A stretch of DNA of 64,000 nt from NCBI RefSeq assembly GCF_963921235.1, contig NC_086109.1, positions 17,982,001 through 18,046,000 of the forward strand, written 5' to 3'. The position numbers and the translations under genes are program-made. Source of the stretch: Mobula hypostoma. Taxonomy: Eukaryota. Every line of letters starts with the position of its first letter. Positions within the stretch are counted from its first letter, which is position 1. This document shows, piece by piece, positions 13,285-26,581 of the stretch. The notes below the pieces were generated by a model. It ran no database searches and was not told where the DNA came from. It saw nothing but the letters and a program-made list of their open reading frames with translations.

Positions 13285-13882
13285 GGTGAACTTTGTCAAA
13301 CGTCTGTAGATGTATAGTGAAAACTGTATTGACTGGGTGCATTACAGCCTGGTATGGGAACATCAATGCCCTTGAATGGAAAATCCTACAAAAAGTGATA
13401 GATTCTGCCCAGTACTTCATGAATAAAGCCCTCCCAACCATTGAGCACATCTGCATGAAATGCTGTCGTAGGAAAGCAGATGCATCATCAAAGAGCCTCA
13501 CCACCTGCGCCATGTTCTTATTTCACTACTGCATCAGGCAGAAGATACAAGAGTCACAGGTCCAGCACTACCAGATTCAAGAACACTTATTACCCCCCAA
13601 CCATCAGGCTCTTGAAGAAAAGCGGATAACTGCGCTCATCTATTGAGATGTTCCCACTTTAAGGGCTCCTTATCTTGTTATTTCATTCTCTCGTTATTTA
13701 TTGCAATTTATTTATAATTGTATTTACACAGTTGATTGTCTTCTATGTTCTAGCTCTTTCACTGATCCAGTTTACAGTTACCATTCTATAGATTTGCTAA
13801 GTGTAACCACAGGTAAAAGAATCTCAGGGTTGTATGTGGTGACATGTATGTACTCTGATAGTAAATTTTACTTTGAAGTTTG
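13285..13882 (+). mobile_element. Rex1/Babar LINE 3' fragment
   Basis: ORF 13293-13646 (LTGCITAWYGN...LQKVIDSAQ...LPTIEHI) plus the family 3' UTR. Confidence 0.85.
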
Positions 13883-14333
13883 AATATTTCATTGAAGGCA
13901 GTAATACAAAATGGATGGTGCACCATTGTTTATATCTTGTAGCATCTCCTGTCTGTTATAAATTGCACCCAATATACAGATCAAAGGGCATTACTGGGAC
14001 AGTATTGAAAAGCGCATAGAGATAGATATTACTGGGACTGACATGAACTGGGCACAGAAAGGCAACCAGATCAATGATGTTCTTTTCACTAATGATTGAC
14101 GCTTTGTAGAGTGGCAAGAGCCAGATTACCAGCCTATTGACAAACAGTATCTGTGGGTTTGAAGAAGGCCAGAGGGGGCAGTTGAACGAAATGTAAAATC
14201 ATGCAATCAATAGAGCGTAGGTGGTGGCCATTCAACCCATCCAATTCATGTTTGCTCCTTATGGAGCAATCTATTCCATCTTGGAAAGTTTGAATAGATT
14301 AAGACTTTATTCCCTGGAATGTAGGATAATTTT

Positions 14334-15865
14334 CAAAATCAGAATCAGGTTTATTATCACCAGCATGTGTCATGAAATTTGTTAACTTAGCAGCAGCAGT
14401 TCAATGTAATACATAATATAGAAGAAAAAAATAATAAATAAATAAGTAAATCAATTACAGTATACATATATTCCGTGGATTGCCACCTTGTCGTGGTGGA
14501 GAAGCTTGTGTGGTCCTGAGATCCCGAGAGCGATGCTGTCTGGAGCTATGCTCCTGGTAGGGTCACCCATGGCAGTAAGGTTGAGGGTGAGGTCCCGGAC
14601 AAACAACAATCTAACCAAGACCTCAGTGGTGGAACAGGTGGACGAAGTTACTTCAAACTCAATGGCTGTGAAGGTGGATGAAGGCTGCAACAAACCCATC
14701 ACCTCCAATCGTTGTGGTTTCCATGCCATTGGAATCAGTTGGTTGATCTGTGAAGTATCGTGTGCTTCTTGGAGTGCAACATCAAGTACACGTTAAACAA
14801 ATACACGCACAGGCATCTTCACTCTGTGGGCCACTTCTTCAGAACAAAGGTCATCATCCTCGACCTCGAGGGATAGCCATGACGACGACGTATATTGAAT
14901 AGATTAAAATTCATGCAAAAACCAGAAATAATATGTATTAAAAAAGTGAGGTCGTGTTCAGGATTCAATGTCCATTGAAGAATCAGATGGCAGAGGGGAA
15001 GAAGCTGTTCCTGAATCACTGAGTGTGTGCCTTCAGGCTTCTGTACCTCCTACCTGATGGTAACTGAGAAAAGGGCATGCCCTGGGTGCTGGAGGTCCTT
15101 AATAATGAACACCGCCTTTCTGAGACACCACTCCTTGAAGATGTCCTGGGTACTTTGTAGGCTAGTACCCAAGATGGAACTGACTAGATTTACAAGCCTA
15201 TGCTGCTTCTTTTGGTCCTGTGCAGTAGCCTCCCCACAACGCGCCCCCCCCCCGCCCCCATACCAGACAGTGATGCAGTCTGTCAGAATGCTCTCCACAG
15301 TACATCTATAGAAGTTTTTGAGTGTATTTGTTGACACAGCAAATCTCTTCAAACTCCTAATGAAGTATAGCCACTGTCTTGCCTCTTTATAACTGCATTG
15401 ATATGTTGGGACCAGGTTAGATCCTCAGAGATCTTGATACCCAGGAACTAGAAACTGCTCACTCTTTCCACTTCTGATCCCTCTATGAGGATTGGTATGT
15501 GTTCCTTCATCTTACCCTTCCTGAAGTCCACAATCAGCTCTTTCATCTTACTGACGTTGAGTGCCAGGTTGTTGCTGCAGCACCACTCCACTAGTTGGTA
15601 TATCTCACTCCTGTATGCCCTCTTGTTACCACCTGAGATTCTACCAAAAATGGTTGTACCATCAGCAAATTTATAGATGGTATTTGAGCTATGCAGTCAT
15701 GGACATAGAGAGAGTAGAGCAGTGGGCTAAGCACACACCCCTGAGGTGCACCAGTGTTGATCGTCAGCAATCCACACAGATTGTGGTCTTCTGATTATGA
15801 AGTCGAGGATTCAATTGCAGAGGGAGGTACAGAGGCCCAGGTTCTGTAACTTCTCAAACAGGATT
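14334..15865 (-). mobile_element. Rex1/Babar LINE (5'-truncated) inserted into a CR1
   Basis: TSD ggataatttt at 14324-14333 and 15866-15875; RT C-terminal motifs (LKNFYRCTVESILTDCITVWYG); ctgatt-type tail. Confidence 0.9.
14473..14890 (+). mobile_element. Non-autonomous bipartite RTE (BovB/Expander-like) element
   Basis: 5' ccaccttgtcgtggtgg...ggtagggtcaccca RTE-type leader; (gac)n tail; TSD tatatt; interrupts the Rex1 3' UTR. Confidence 0.75.
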
Positions 15866-15875
15866 GGATAATTTT

Positions 15876-16230
15876 ATAGAAGTATATAAAATTAGATAAG
15901 GTAAATGCAAACAGGCATCTTTCACTGAGGCTGGGTGAGACTAGAACTAGATGTTATAGGTTAAGGGTGAAAGGTGAAGTGGTTAAGTGGAACCTGAAGG
16001 TGATCTTCTTTGCTTAGAGGGTGGTGCTAATGTGGAATGAGCTGCCAGTGTAAGTGGTGGATGCAGACTTAATTGCAACACTTAAGAGAAGTTTAAATAA
16101 ATACATCGATAGGAGGGGTATGGAGGGCTATGGTCCAGGTGCAAATCGATGTGACTAGGCAGAATAAGAGTTTGGCATGGACTAAATGGGCTGAATGGTC
16201 TATTTCTGTGCTGTAGTGCTCTATGACTCT
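15876..16230 (+). mobile_element. CR1 3' fragment (continuation of about 14280-14333)
   Basis: Decayed IEVYKI...ETRTR....WNELP region and ctatgactct tail. Confidence 0.75.
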
Positions 16231-17064
16231 GTGAGTCAATTCTCTTAATCCTTCCTTCTAACCCTGTAGATAGCGTTCTCTCATGCTTGTCTAACTCCCT
16301 TTACAAAGCCTGACTGGTTCTATTCCCATTGATCCTGCAGCCAGTAAACTCTATTCTCTGAAAGAGAAAAAAAAGTTTTTCACATACTCCTTAATATAAC
16401 CAAAACATTTCCCTAACTATCCAGCAGCATGGATGAATGGTAAATATGCAAATATGTTTGTAATGAGATAAACATCATTGTTAAATTACAATTCATTAAC
16501 ATAGCATAGAAAACAATTATTGGTTTGAGTGCAGGACATTTGAAAGATTAATTGTTTAACAACTGATAGGGAGCACCCATTTACACTGATTATTGCTCCG
16601 AACTAATTCAGATCTTCACTTACAATAATAGTGTGTCACAATGCGACTGCAGAAATATCCATCATGGTCCCCAGATCAATGGAAAATGAAGCATTTAATT
16701 CCACAAGGTTATACAATGAAGGCAGTCAAAGGAATTTCACGAGTTGCCAGAACAAGTTTGCTGCAATTTGCTGTTCAAGGTATTAGCATAGTAATCAAAT
16801 AATTCAATTTATTAGCCAAGGCTTCTTAAAACATTATAGCAATGAGGTTGATTAGCAGAGTGTGATAGAGGGGAGGAGGGGTGCTGTTGTATTTGTGTAT
16901 GTATGTGTTTATTGAATGGGGATTGTAATTCTTTTCCCTTTAATGAGAAATGGAGTTTCTTTAATGTGATAAAAATCCTTTCAGCTTTTGGACAGGTGTA
17001 GCAGTTCTTCTGCCCATCATTTTGAAGTCAGACCAGCTAAGACATGACAGCTAGAGCAGAGAGA

Positions 17065-17290
17065 GCACACAGAAATTCAGGAGGAGCTCAGCAAGTCAGG
17101 CAGCATCTGCGCAGAAGAATAAATGTACAGTTCTGACCAAGACCCTTCATCGGGACTGGAAAGGAGGGTCTCGGCCCAAAAGATCGACTGTTTGTTCCCC
17201 ATCATAGATGCTGCCTGACTAGTTGAGTTTCTCCAACAGTTTCTGTGAATCGCTCAAGATTTCCAGCATCTGCAGAGTACCTTGTGTTTG
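17065..17290. repeat. Palindromic non-autonomous Penelope-derived repeat
   Basis: Two inverted arms (ggaggagctcagcaagtcaggcagcatct / agatgctgcctgactagttgagtttctcc) around degenerate hammerhead-type motifs; similar units at about 44945-45135 and 61180-61340. Confidence 0.75.
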
Positions 17291-19424
17291 CTCTTGCATC
17301 CCCTCCAAACTTTTGACCACCACCAAGTAAGAAGGACAAGAAGACCTGGTGCATGGGAGCACCCCATCACCAATTTCCCCTCTGATTCATACATTATCCT
17401 GACTTGGGTGTCCATTGGTTCTTCCTTTGTCATTTTAGGGGTTGGATCATCTCCATGTTGTGGGTTGGTGGACAGAGACCCATCATCACCTCTACACTTG
17501 AGGGGTGATTAGTGAATGTCAGTTTTGTCAGTGACATCACAACATGAAGACTACATTCAAAAATATCAACTCCAACAATGGAGCAAAACCTTAATTGCAT
17601 TCACTAAAGGGAAACTGGTTCGAAATGTACTCTCACTATTGCTTCTTCTCTAAGTACCTTGAGTCCCAACTGCACACTTTGTTCTGCTCTGAAGTAGGTT
17701 TCACTCAAGTCTCATGCATGAGGTTCTTGAGCCATTTACTCATTTGGAGTGTGTAAAGTGTTTTTTTTTCCTGCTGTTTATTTTTTCAGATTCAGATTAA
17801 TTTATCACATGTACATCAAAATGGGTCATTTGCATTACCAACCAACACACCTAGGGATGAGCTGGAGGCAGTCTGCAAGGGTCACCATACATTCCGACGC
17901 TAGGCTAGCATGCCGTCTGTGCTCGGCAGAACAGTACAACAGAACATACCAAGCGAGCAGCGAAAAGCAAGCCCCACACATCCATACACTGTCCTCTAAC
18001 CCCAGGACAGTCCTTTTCATTACCCACCAGCCTCCGGTAGACTCATGGAATCACAGGCATTGGGCCTTTGACTTCCCTCACGGACTTGCAGAGATTCACA
18101 GACTTGGGGCTCCAGCCATTAGGTCTCAACTTCTGGACTACCGATCAAACTCGAGATTGCCTTCTTTTAGACGGACTAAAGCCAATCATTGGTTTGTCTA
18201 AGAGAAGGCCACCTATGTAGCTTTGAGAAAGCGATTGCACTTGCTAGACATCAGCCCAATATTTACAGAGTCAACTCCTCATCTCCCCTCAACTAACTGA
18301 CTGCACTGGGGATTCAGAAATGATTACCTTAATGCAAAGTCGAAAGCTTACTCCATTTCTGCCTTCTTGGGATTTTATTTGAATGTTGAGTTGGTTCAAT
18401 ATTAGCATATATAACGTGGTTGCACAAACCATCCTTACAGATAATTTCACAACATAAATGCATCGACATAGTTCAAGGGAAAAGCAATAACAGAATGCAG
18501 AATATCATGTTACATTTGCAGAGAGGGTGTAGATCAGGCAGACAGCAAGGGTCAAGGGTCAGGATGAGGTAGACTGTAAGATCAAAAGTTCATCTTTAAC
18601 ATCAAGAGGTCCACTCTAGAATCTTACAACACTGGGAACCTTGTGAATATATCCTTTGATTGTACTGCCTGCTTTGCCAGGGCAGCAGAAGATTAAACAG
18701 AGTCCATGGAGGCCAAGCTGGTTTTCATGAAGTACATACAGTATTCATAACTTAACTCTCTGCAGTTTCTTGTGGTCTTGGACAGAGCACTTTCTACTCC
18801 TAGCTGTGGTGCATTATTTAGGAGGAAATATTTCGCTTTTAACAATCGTGTATAATTTTAAGGGCATTAGAACAGAACTGTTAATTACTGGGAAATGGGA
18901 TAGAGGCTTGGGGGAGCTGTTATTCAGCATCCTGTCAGTACCATTGGCAAGAGACTTTTCAATAAGAATTTCTCTTATCTAAAACTCATTTTTCGCCTCT
19001 CAAATACCTTGGCAGACATTTACTACCTATAAACCGACATTAATACTGCTCTGGAGACTGAGAAACTGCAGGAAGTTAAGCCGAGCTGCGATCTTTTCCC
19101 ATTGGGCTCAAAACTGGATGTGTACATTGATTCTGAAAGACTGATTTACAGGTCCATCACATTAATACTGAGTATCTGCAAATGTCACATATAATGGTTG
19201 TGAAAACCTGAGTGACCAATGTCAACCAGTTGTTGAAATCTGTCTTTCCTGTCTGGTCTATAAGTAATTTCTATTCCACACCATTCCATTGGACTTTAAA
19301 TTTAACTCAGAAACAATGTCTTGCGGTTTACAATGTAGACAAAAGAACACAAAGTTGGACCAATCTTTAACCTACCCTGAGATTAATCTAACCCTTTCCT
19401 CCCACATAATGCTCCGGATATAGA

Positions 19425-21390
19425 AAGAATGAGCAATTTCAAGATCCTGTCTCTGAGGATCTAACCTGGACCCAACATATCGATACAGCTACAAAGAAGG
19501 CAAGATGGTGGCTATATTTCATTTGGAGTTTGAGGAGATTTGGTATTTTGCCTAAAATACTCGCAAATTTCTAGAAGATGTACTGTGCAAAGCATTCTAA
19601 CTGGCTTTATCACCATCTGATATAGGGGGCAGCCTACTGCACAGGATTGAAATAAGCTGCAAAGAGTTGTAAACTTAGTCAGCTCCATCATGGGCACTAG
19701 CCTTCGCAGTATCCAGTCAGCATGGCTTTGTCAAAGGCAGGTTGTGCCTTACAAGCCTGACTGAATTTGAGGATGTGACTAAACATATTGATGAAGGTAG
19801 AGCAGTAGATGTGGTGTATATGGAGTTCAGCAAGCTATTTGATAAGGTACCCCATGCAAGGCTTATTGAGAAAGTAAGGAGGCATGGGATCCAAGGAGAC
19901 ATTGCTTTGTGGATTCAGAACTGGCTTGCCCACAGTAGGCAAAGAGTGGTTGTAGACGGGTCATATTCTGCATGGAGGTCAGTGACCAGTGGTGTGCCTC
20001 AGGAATCTGTTCTGGGACCCCTTCTCTTTGTGATTTTTATAAATGACCTGGATGAGGAAGTGGAAGGATAGGTTAGTAAATTTGCTGATGACACAAAGGT
20101 TGGGGGTGTTGTGGATAGTGTGGACGGTTGTCAGAGGTTACAGCGGGACATCAAAAGGATGCAAAACTGGGCTGAGAAGTGGCAGATAGAGTTCAACCCA
20201 GAAAAGTGTGACGTGGTTTATTCTGGTAGGTCAAATATGATGGCAGAATATGGTACTAATGGTAAAACTCTTGGTAGTGTGAAGGATCAGAGGGATCTTG
20301 GGGTCCGAGTCCATAGGACACTCAAAGCTGCTATGCAGGTTGACTCTGTGGTTTAGAAGGCATACGGTGCATTGGCCTTCTTCAACCGTGGGACTGAGTT
20401 TAGGAACCAAGAGTTAATGTTGCAGCTATATAGGACCCTGGTCAGACCCCACTTGGAGTACTGTACTCAGTTCTTGTCGCCTCACTACAGGAAAGATGTG
20501 GAAACCATAGAAAAGGGGCAAAAGAGATTTACAAAGATGTTGCATGGATTGGGGAGCATGCCTTATGAGAATAGGCTGAGTGAACTCGGCCTTTTCTCCT
20601 TGGAATGACGGAGGATGAGAGGTGACCTAATAGAGGTGTATAAGATGATGAGGGGCATTGATCGTGTAGATAGTCAGAGGCTTTTCCCCAGGGCTGAAAT
20701 GGCTAACACGAGGGGACGCAGTTTTAAGGTGCTTGGAAGTAGGTACAGAGGAGATGTTAAGGGTAAGTTTTTTACGCAGAGTGGTGAGTGCGTGGATTGG
20801 GCTGCCGGCAACGGTGGCGGAGGCGGATACGATAGGGTCTTTTAAGTGACTCCTGGTAAGGTACACAGAGCTCAGAAAAATAGAGGGATATGGGTAATCC
20901 TAGATAATTTCTAAAGTAAGGACATGTCTGGCACAGCATTGTGGGCCAAAGGGCCTGTATTGTGTTGTAGGTTTTCTAATGTTTCTATGTTTCTATTGCA
21001 TCTTCAAGGAGTGATGCCTCAAAAAGTCGGCGTCCATCATTAAGGACCCCCATCACTCAGAACACACCCTCTTCTCATTGCTACCATCAGGAAGAAGGTA
21101 CAGCAGCCTGAAGATACACTCTTAATAATTCAGGAGCAGCTTCTCCCCTCTGCCAATCCGATTTCTGAACGGACATTGAACCTATAAACACTACCACAAT
21201 ACTCTTTAAAAAAATCTCTATTTTTATACTACTTATTTAGATAGGTATCAGATAGATAGACATACTTACTGTAATTCATAGATTTTTTCTTATTCATTAT
21301 TATTATTATGTATAGCATTGTACTGCTGCTGCAAAGTTAATAAATTTCATGACATAAGCTGGTGATATTAAAATCCTATCCTGATTCTGA
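19425..21390 (+). mobile_element. Rex1/Babar fragment split by a CR1 insertion
   Basis: Rex1 sequence stops at cagtatcca (about 19714) and resumes at catcttcaaggag (about 20999); ends in a gattctga tail. Confidence 0.8.
19716..20995 (+). mobile_element. CR1 LINE ORF2 (reverse transcriptase) remnant with 3' UTR
   Basis: QHGF..GR.CL, DVVYM.FSK.FDKVPH, GVPQ.SVLGP, FADDTK and LVRPHLEYC motifs with stops and frameshifts; ttctatgt tail. Confidence 0.95.
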
Positions 21391-21523
21391 ATTTTTTCAA
21401 CCATGTGTCTATCTAAGAGCCTCTAGTGTAGCTGCCCCTGGTAGCATGTTCCACAAACCCCATGCTCTCCTCCAATCACTTTAAAATTATGCCTCCCCAT
21501 ATTAGCCATTTCCACCATGGGAA

Positions 21524-21819
21524 TGTGTGGGCACGTGGCCAAGTGGTTAAGGCATTCGACTAGTGATCTGAAGGTCGTGAGTTCGGGCCCCAGCCGAGGC
21601 AGCGTGTCGTGTCCTTGAGCAACGCACTTAACCACACAGTGCTCTGCGACGACACTGGTGCCAAGCTGTTTCAGCCCTTGCTCTTCCCTTGGACAACATC
21701 GGTGTTGTGGAGAGGGGAGACTTGCAGCATGGGCAACTGCCGGTCTTCCATATAACCTTGCCCAGGCCTGTGCCCTGGAGCGTGAAGACTTTCCAGGCGC
21801 AGATCCACAGTCTCGCAAG
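21524..21819 (+). mobile_element. tRNA-derived SINE (A/B boxes, CORE/Meta-like body, RTE-like tail)
   Basis: A box TGGCCAAGTGG, B box GTTCGGGCC; TSD accatgggaa (21514-21523 and 21820-21829); highly similar copies at 26272 and 44345. Confidence 0.9.
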
Positions 21820-22577
21820 ACCATGGGAAAAAGGCACTGGTTGCCTACGCCCCTTATCATCTTATGAAGTACCAATGGCTTACAATTATCTCTACAGAAT
21901 AAAACTGTGCCTGGATAAAACCCAACAATATACCTCACAACCTCTGAAACAAGGTGGCAAGCACGATTAACAAATCCACCTTAAGCAGCCTTGCCTCTCT
22001 CTGCTACTTTTCTCAAACAGCTGTGGACAAGCAATAAATGTTCTCCTTTGTGGCAACACCCACATCTTGACAATGAATCAGTCAATTTCAAAATCAGAAA
22101 GCCAAGTTATAATGCAAGCCTTTACATGAGTACTTTTATTACCCATGCAATTTTATCAAAAATTACCTCCCAGTTAGGATTTGGCTGGTATAGTGTTTGA
22201 GCTGTTGTTCTAGCAAGTCATGGGCTTGGAATAATGTCAAGATTTGACTTCAAATCCCAAAATGCCACCTAGGGCATTTATATTCAGTTAGCTAAAATAT
22301 TTGGGAAGTTACTGACACGATGAAGGAAGCCATAAACATCGCCAGACTTTCATTACTGCTCTAAATGCCAATGAGATAATGGGCAAAATGGAGAGAGAGA
22401 GAGAAATAAAGTATTTGGGAATAAAAGTGACTATAGAGCAACATAGCCAGAAGTGACCATGGAATTGTAAATAGTCCAGTGATTAGGCTAGGATTAAACT
22501 GCAGGATTGCAGGATAGCATGGCTCAAAAGGTCAGAAGGGTCTGTTCTACGCTGTATCTCAATAAATAAAAAAAAAA

Positions 22578-23015
22578 TCACACACAAAATGCTGGAGGAA
22601 CTCGACAAGTCAGGCAGCATCTAAGGAGAGGAATAAACAGTTGGTTGGAGACTCTTCATCAGGACTGGAAAGGAAGGAGGAAGAAGCCAGAATAAGGAGG
22701 GAGGAGGGAAGGAGTACAAATAGGTAAGGACGGGCGAGAGAGAAGGTAGGTCGGTGGGGGAAGGGGGAGATGAAGTGAGAGATGGGAGGTGGTAGGTTGA
22801 AGAGGCAAAGGGGCTGAAGAAGAAGGAACCTGATAGATGAAGAGGGTGGACCATGGAGGAAAGGGAAGGAGGAGGCATTACAGGGAGGTGATGGGCAGGT
22901 AGGGAAAAGAGAAGAGGTGAAAAGGAAACTAGAATGGGGAATGGAAAAAAAGGGGGGGGGAGGGAGAAATTACCAGAAGTTAGAGAAATTGATATTCATG
23001 TCATCAGGCTTGAGG
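22578..23015 (-). mobile_element. Penelope-like element 3' remnant
   Basis: Same purine-rich arm and ttcatcaggactggaaagg motif as 6925-7400. Confidence 0.8.
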
Positions 23016-23829
23016 CTACTCAGTGGAGTGCTTGCTGGAGAAACCTATTTGGTTCGCAAATGTTCTTCAGAGAAGGAAATCTGCTTTTGTTACCTTGTCT
23101 AGCTGGTACGTCACTCCAGATCAACATCAGTGTCATTGAGCGACACTGCTCAATAAGCCAGGGATAGGCCTGAAATATCAGTCTTGTCAGTGGTACCCAC
23201 GTACTGTGAATAAATAATAAAACAAATCACTATCATTGAATTGTTTTATGAAATATCAAGATTTTCCCATAAACTTATGACCTTTTCAATGGTTTACAAC
23301 TTGTATCCGGTTAATATTGAAGTTAATATCTCATTTATAGCTGACTCTTGCTATCACAGCAATTAAAGAGCAGTGGAAAATACTCTTATGGCATCAATTA
23401 GATTTGAAAGGACATCCATTAGATCTGCATTATTCTGGGTGGGATTTAGCCAGAAATAGAAGATAACTTTCACCTTCACTGTGTGAGATGAACACCAGGT
23501 AAGCAGATCACCAGCTTTTCGGAAACTAACCCGTTTTTCTTTGCACTGATTTCAGCATCTCTGGATGAACGATTCCGTTGTCCTTGACCTAGGCTGCACT
23601 TCCTTATGTAACCTCAGACACCACTCTTCAGGAGAATGTAATACAGTGATCAAGACTCTTTATTAAGACATTTATATAGAACCATAAAACACTACAGCAC
23701 AGAAAACAGGCCATTCGGCCCTTCTAGTCTGTGCCAAAACATTTGGAATTCAATTTCTTCTCCTTCTTCTTGCCTCCCTTTCCTTCATTCCTTTGACTTC
23801 GCTTTTTTAACAACTTTATTTTTTAATTT

Positions 23830-24110
23830 TTTATTCAGAAATGCAGTGCAGAACCAGCCCTTCCGGGCCAATGAGCTACACCGCCAGACAACCCACCTAT
23901 TTAATCCTACCCAGATCGCAGGACAATTTAAAAGGACCAATTAACCACTGAACCAGTATGTTGTTGAAATATGGGAGGAACCCAGATCATCTGGAGGAAA
24001 CCCACGCGTTCATCAGAAGGACGTGCAAAGTTCTTACAGACGGTGTTGGAATTAAACTCTGAACTTTGAAGTCCCAACCCGTAATAGTGTCACGCACACT
24101 GCCACTGTGG
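23830..24110 (-). mobile_element. HE1/V-SINE-like SINE
   Basis: V-domain motif on the minus strand and a CR1-like tail. Confidence 0.65.
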
Positions 24111-24224
24111 CACCTACTTTTTAAAGTGTCCATTTTTTCCTCCCTTTTTTCTCTCTTTCCCACTCTCCTTAGTTTGCACAGCCCATAGTCCTCAGTATTT
24201 CTTATATCCATCACCCATCTAAAT

Positions 24225-24535
24225 GGTAGGGTAGCAGTCGGCACGGCGGCAGTGATTGCCAATCAGGGTTCAATCGCTGCTGTCTGTAAGCAATTTGTAC
24301 ATTCTGCCTGTGACCCGCGTGTGTCTCCTCCAGCTGCTCCGGTTTCCGCCCACATCCCAAAGGCATAGGGTCAGAGGCAGTAAGTTGTGGGAATGCTATG
24401 TTGACTCTGGAAGCATAGCAACACCTGTGGGTGCCCCCCCCAACCCAGCACATCCTTGGTTGTTGATGTAAGTGACACATTTCACTGTGTGTTTCAACAT
24501 TTTCGATGTATAAATGACAAATACAGCGAATCTTT
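24225..24535 (+). mobile_element. HE1/V-SINE-like SINE
   Basis: ggttcaatc B box and gctccggtttcc..ccacatcccaaag V-domain; similar copy at about 37805-38080. Confidence 0.7.
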
Positions 24536-26271
24536 ACATTTTAAATCTATTTTCCTCATCTTTCTCTTGACCTTCTTCACTCCCTTTCTCCTGCTCTTGG
24601 TCCTCTCACTTTGTCCCTTTCTGGTTCTCTCCTCCCATCCTTTTTCCCACACTCCACCCATTTGCTTTCCCACCTTCGTCCCCTCCCACCACCCCTTCAT
24701 TTTCCTTTCTATCTTCTCTCTGACCCTTAGTTCTCCTTCCTGCCACTTTATCTGCCTGTTTCATTTTCACATCTGCTGTTAGTAAGTAAGGCATGCTCCA
24801 GAACGATTATACTTTCCATACCGTGTAACTCAATATAAAGCTGGCGATACTTTCATTCATCTTAGAGTTATAATATTGTTCCTGAATAGGACAGGATCAG
24901 AGCTATACATAAAAATATCTTACACTTTTCCATCTTCTTTCAACAAGGCTAAGGTTTCAAAATGGATTAATAATTACTCAAGCTCAAGATCCTCCGTTGC
25001 CATGGTCACAACTAGGACAGTTCTTTTCATCATCAAGCCTCTCTGTCTCTGTGTCAGCAGCAGATGTTTTAATAAAAGTGCGATTACGTGAAATAGCAAA
25101 GGGACAACTCATTCATTGCCCATATTTAATGGAGTCTCAGACAGCAAGTATGTGCACATATTAATAGAGGCTCTCATCTCAGCCGTGGCACTCTCCAAGA
25201 TTGTCCAATCTATAAACACGGAGCTGCCGGTTGAGGGTAAAGTAATTTTTTTTCAGTGTGATGATCTCAGCAGTGAAACTACACTTAATGGTGGGAGGGA
25301 ATACAAATATGCAACAAATCCTATGTGAGTATTTGGATTTGCTCTATTGAGATGAGTTGGTTTTATAGATGGGGGGGGCACAATTTTAGCACAATGTTAG
25401 TACAAGGATTTCTGCCACCAGGAAGCAGAACCCATCATCAAAAGCCCTTACCTTCCAGGCCACCCTCTTTTCCTACTGCTGCAATCAGGCAAGAGGTACA
25501 GGATGCTCAGGTCCCAGGCATAGTTATTACTGTACAACCATCAGGCTTCTGAACCAGTGTGAATAACTTCACTAACCTCAACTCTGAACTGAGTCCACAA
25601 CCTCCGGACTTTCAAGGACTCTACAACTCATGCTCTCAATATTATTTACTTACTTATTTTTATATTTGCTCAACTTCTCTTCTTTTGCACATTGGCCATT
25701 TGTCTGTCCATGCCCATGTTTCTTTTCAGAAATTCTATTCCGTTTCTTTATTTTCCTGTAAATGCCTTAAAGAAAATGAATCTGGTGTTGAGATACATCC
25801 TAGGATGTGTTGTGACACATCATCAGTGATGTAACCTGGGGTCATCGGGTGTTGCATGTCTTTCAACAACAGACACTCTCGCCCAGGCGACCCAGCCCAG
25901 ACTGATCAGGCCCTGTCTTGCGTCCCAATAGCACTGGTTCATGGCTCACATCCCTTTGCCCATAGCCATCTGGAGGCTCACCCGTCAGCCTCTGCAACTG
26001 TCCTTGTGCCTCTTTTCTTTGCAGCCCCTGTAATTCCAAGGAGAGAGTAAGTTCTGCACAGCAAGCAGCCAGCAAAACCTTTACAACCCACCCACCTCTG
26101 TAGGTTCTCATCATGCCCTCCGCTCCTGTGTCTGGCACTGCTCTACTGGCTCCTGGTATTTGGCTTTCTTACTTCATCTCAATCTGATCTTTCCAAGGCA
26201 TTGTCAGTTCTACCATGATCTCCTGCTTCGAGGTTGCTCAGTGTAGTATATGGAACTATATATATACTTTG

Positions 26272-26581
26272 GTGGGCACGTGGCCAAGTGGTTAAGGCAT
26301 TCGACTAATGACCTAAAGGTCATGAGTTCGAGCCCCAGCTGAGGCAGCATGTTGTGTCCTTGAGCAAAGCACTTAATCACACAGTGCTCTGCAACGGCAC
26401 TGGTGCCAAGCTGTATCAGCCCTTGCCCTTCCCTTGCCCAACATTGGTGTCGTGGAGAGGGGAGACTTGCAGCATGGGCAACTGCCGGCCTTCCATACAA
26501 CCTTGCCCAGGCCTGCGCCCTGGAGAGTGAAGACTTTCCAGGCGCAGATCCATGGACTCGCAAGACTAACGGATGCCTTTA
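26272..26581 (+). mobile_element. tRNA-derived SINE (same family as 21524)
   Basis: A and B boxes; TSD atactttg; complete 3' end gactaacggatgccttt. Confidence 0.9.

Noticed and set aside
21527..21600. tRNA gene (also 26272 and 44346)
   Set aside because: tRNA-like SINE head: no closing acceptor stem, and it continues into the SINE body with TSDs.
26440..26580. HDV-like hints (GGGCAA, ACTAA) in the SINE body
   Set aside because: No P3/L3 with UCC and no P1 partner.
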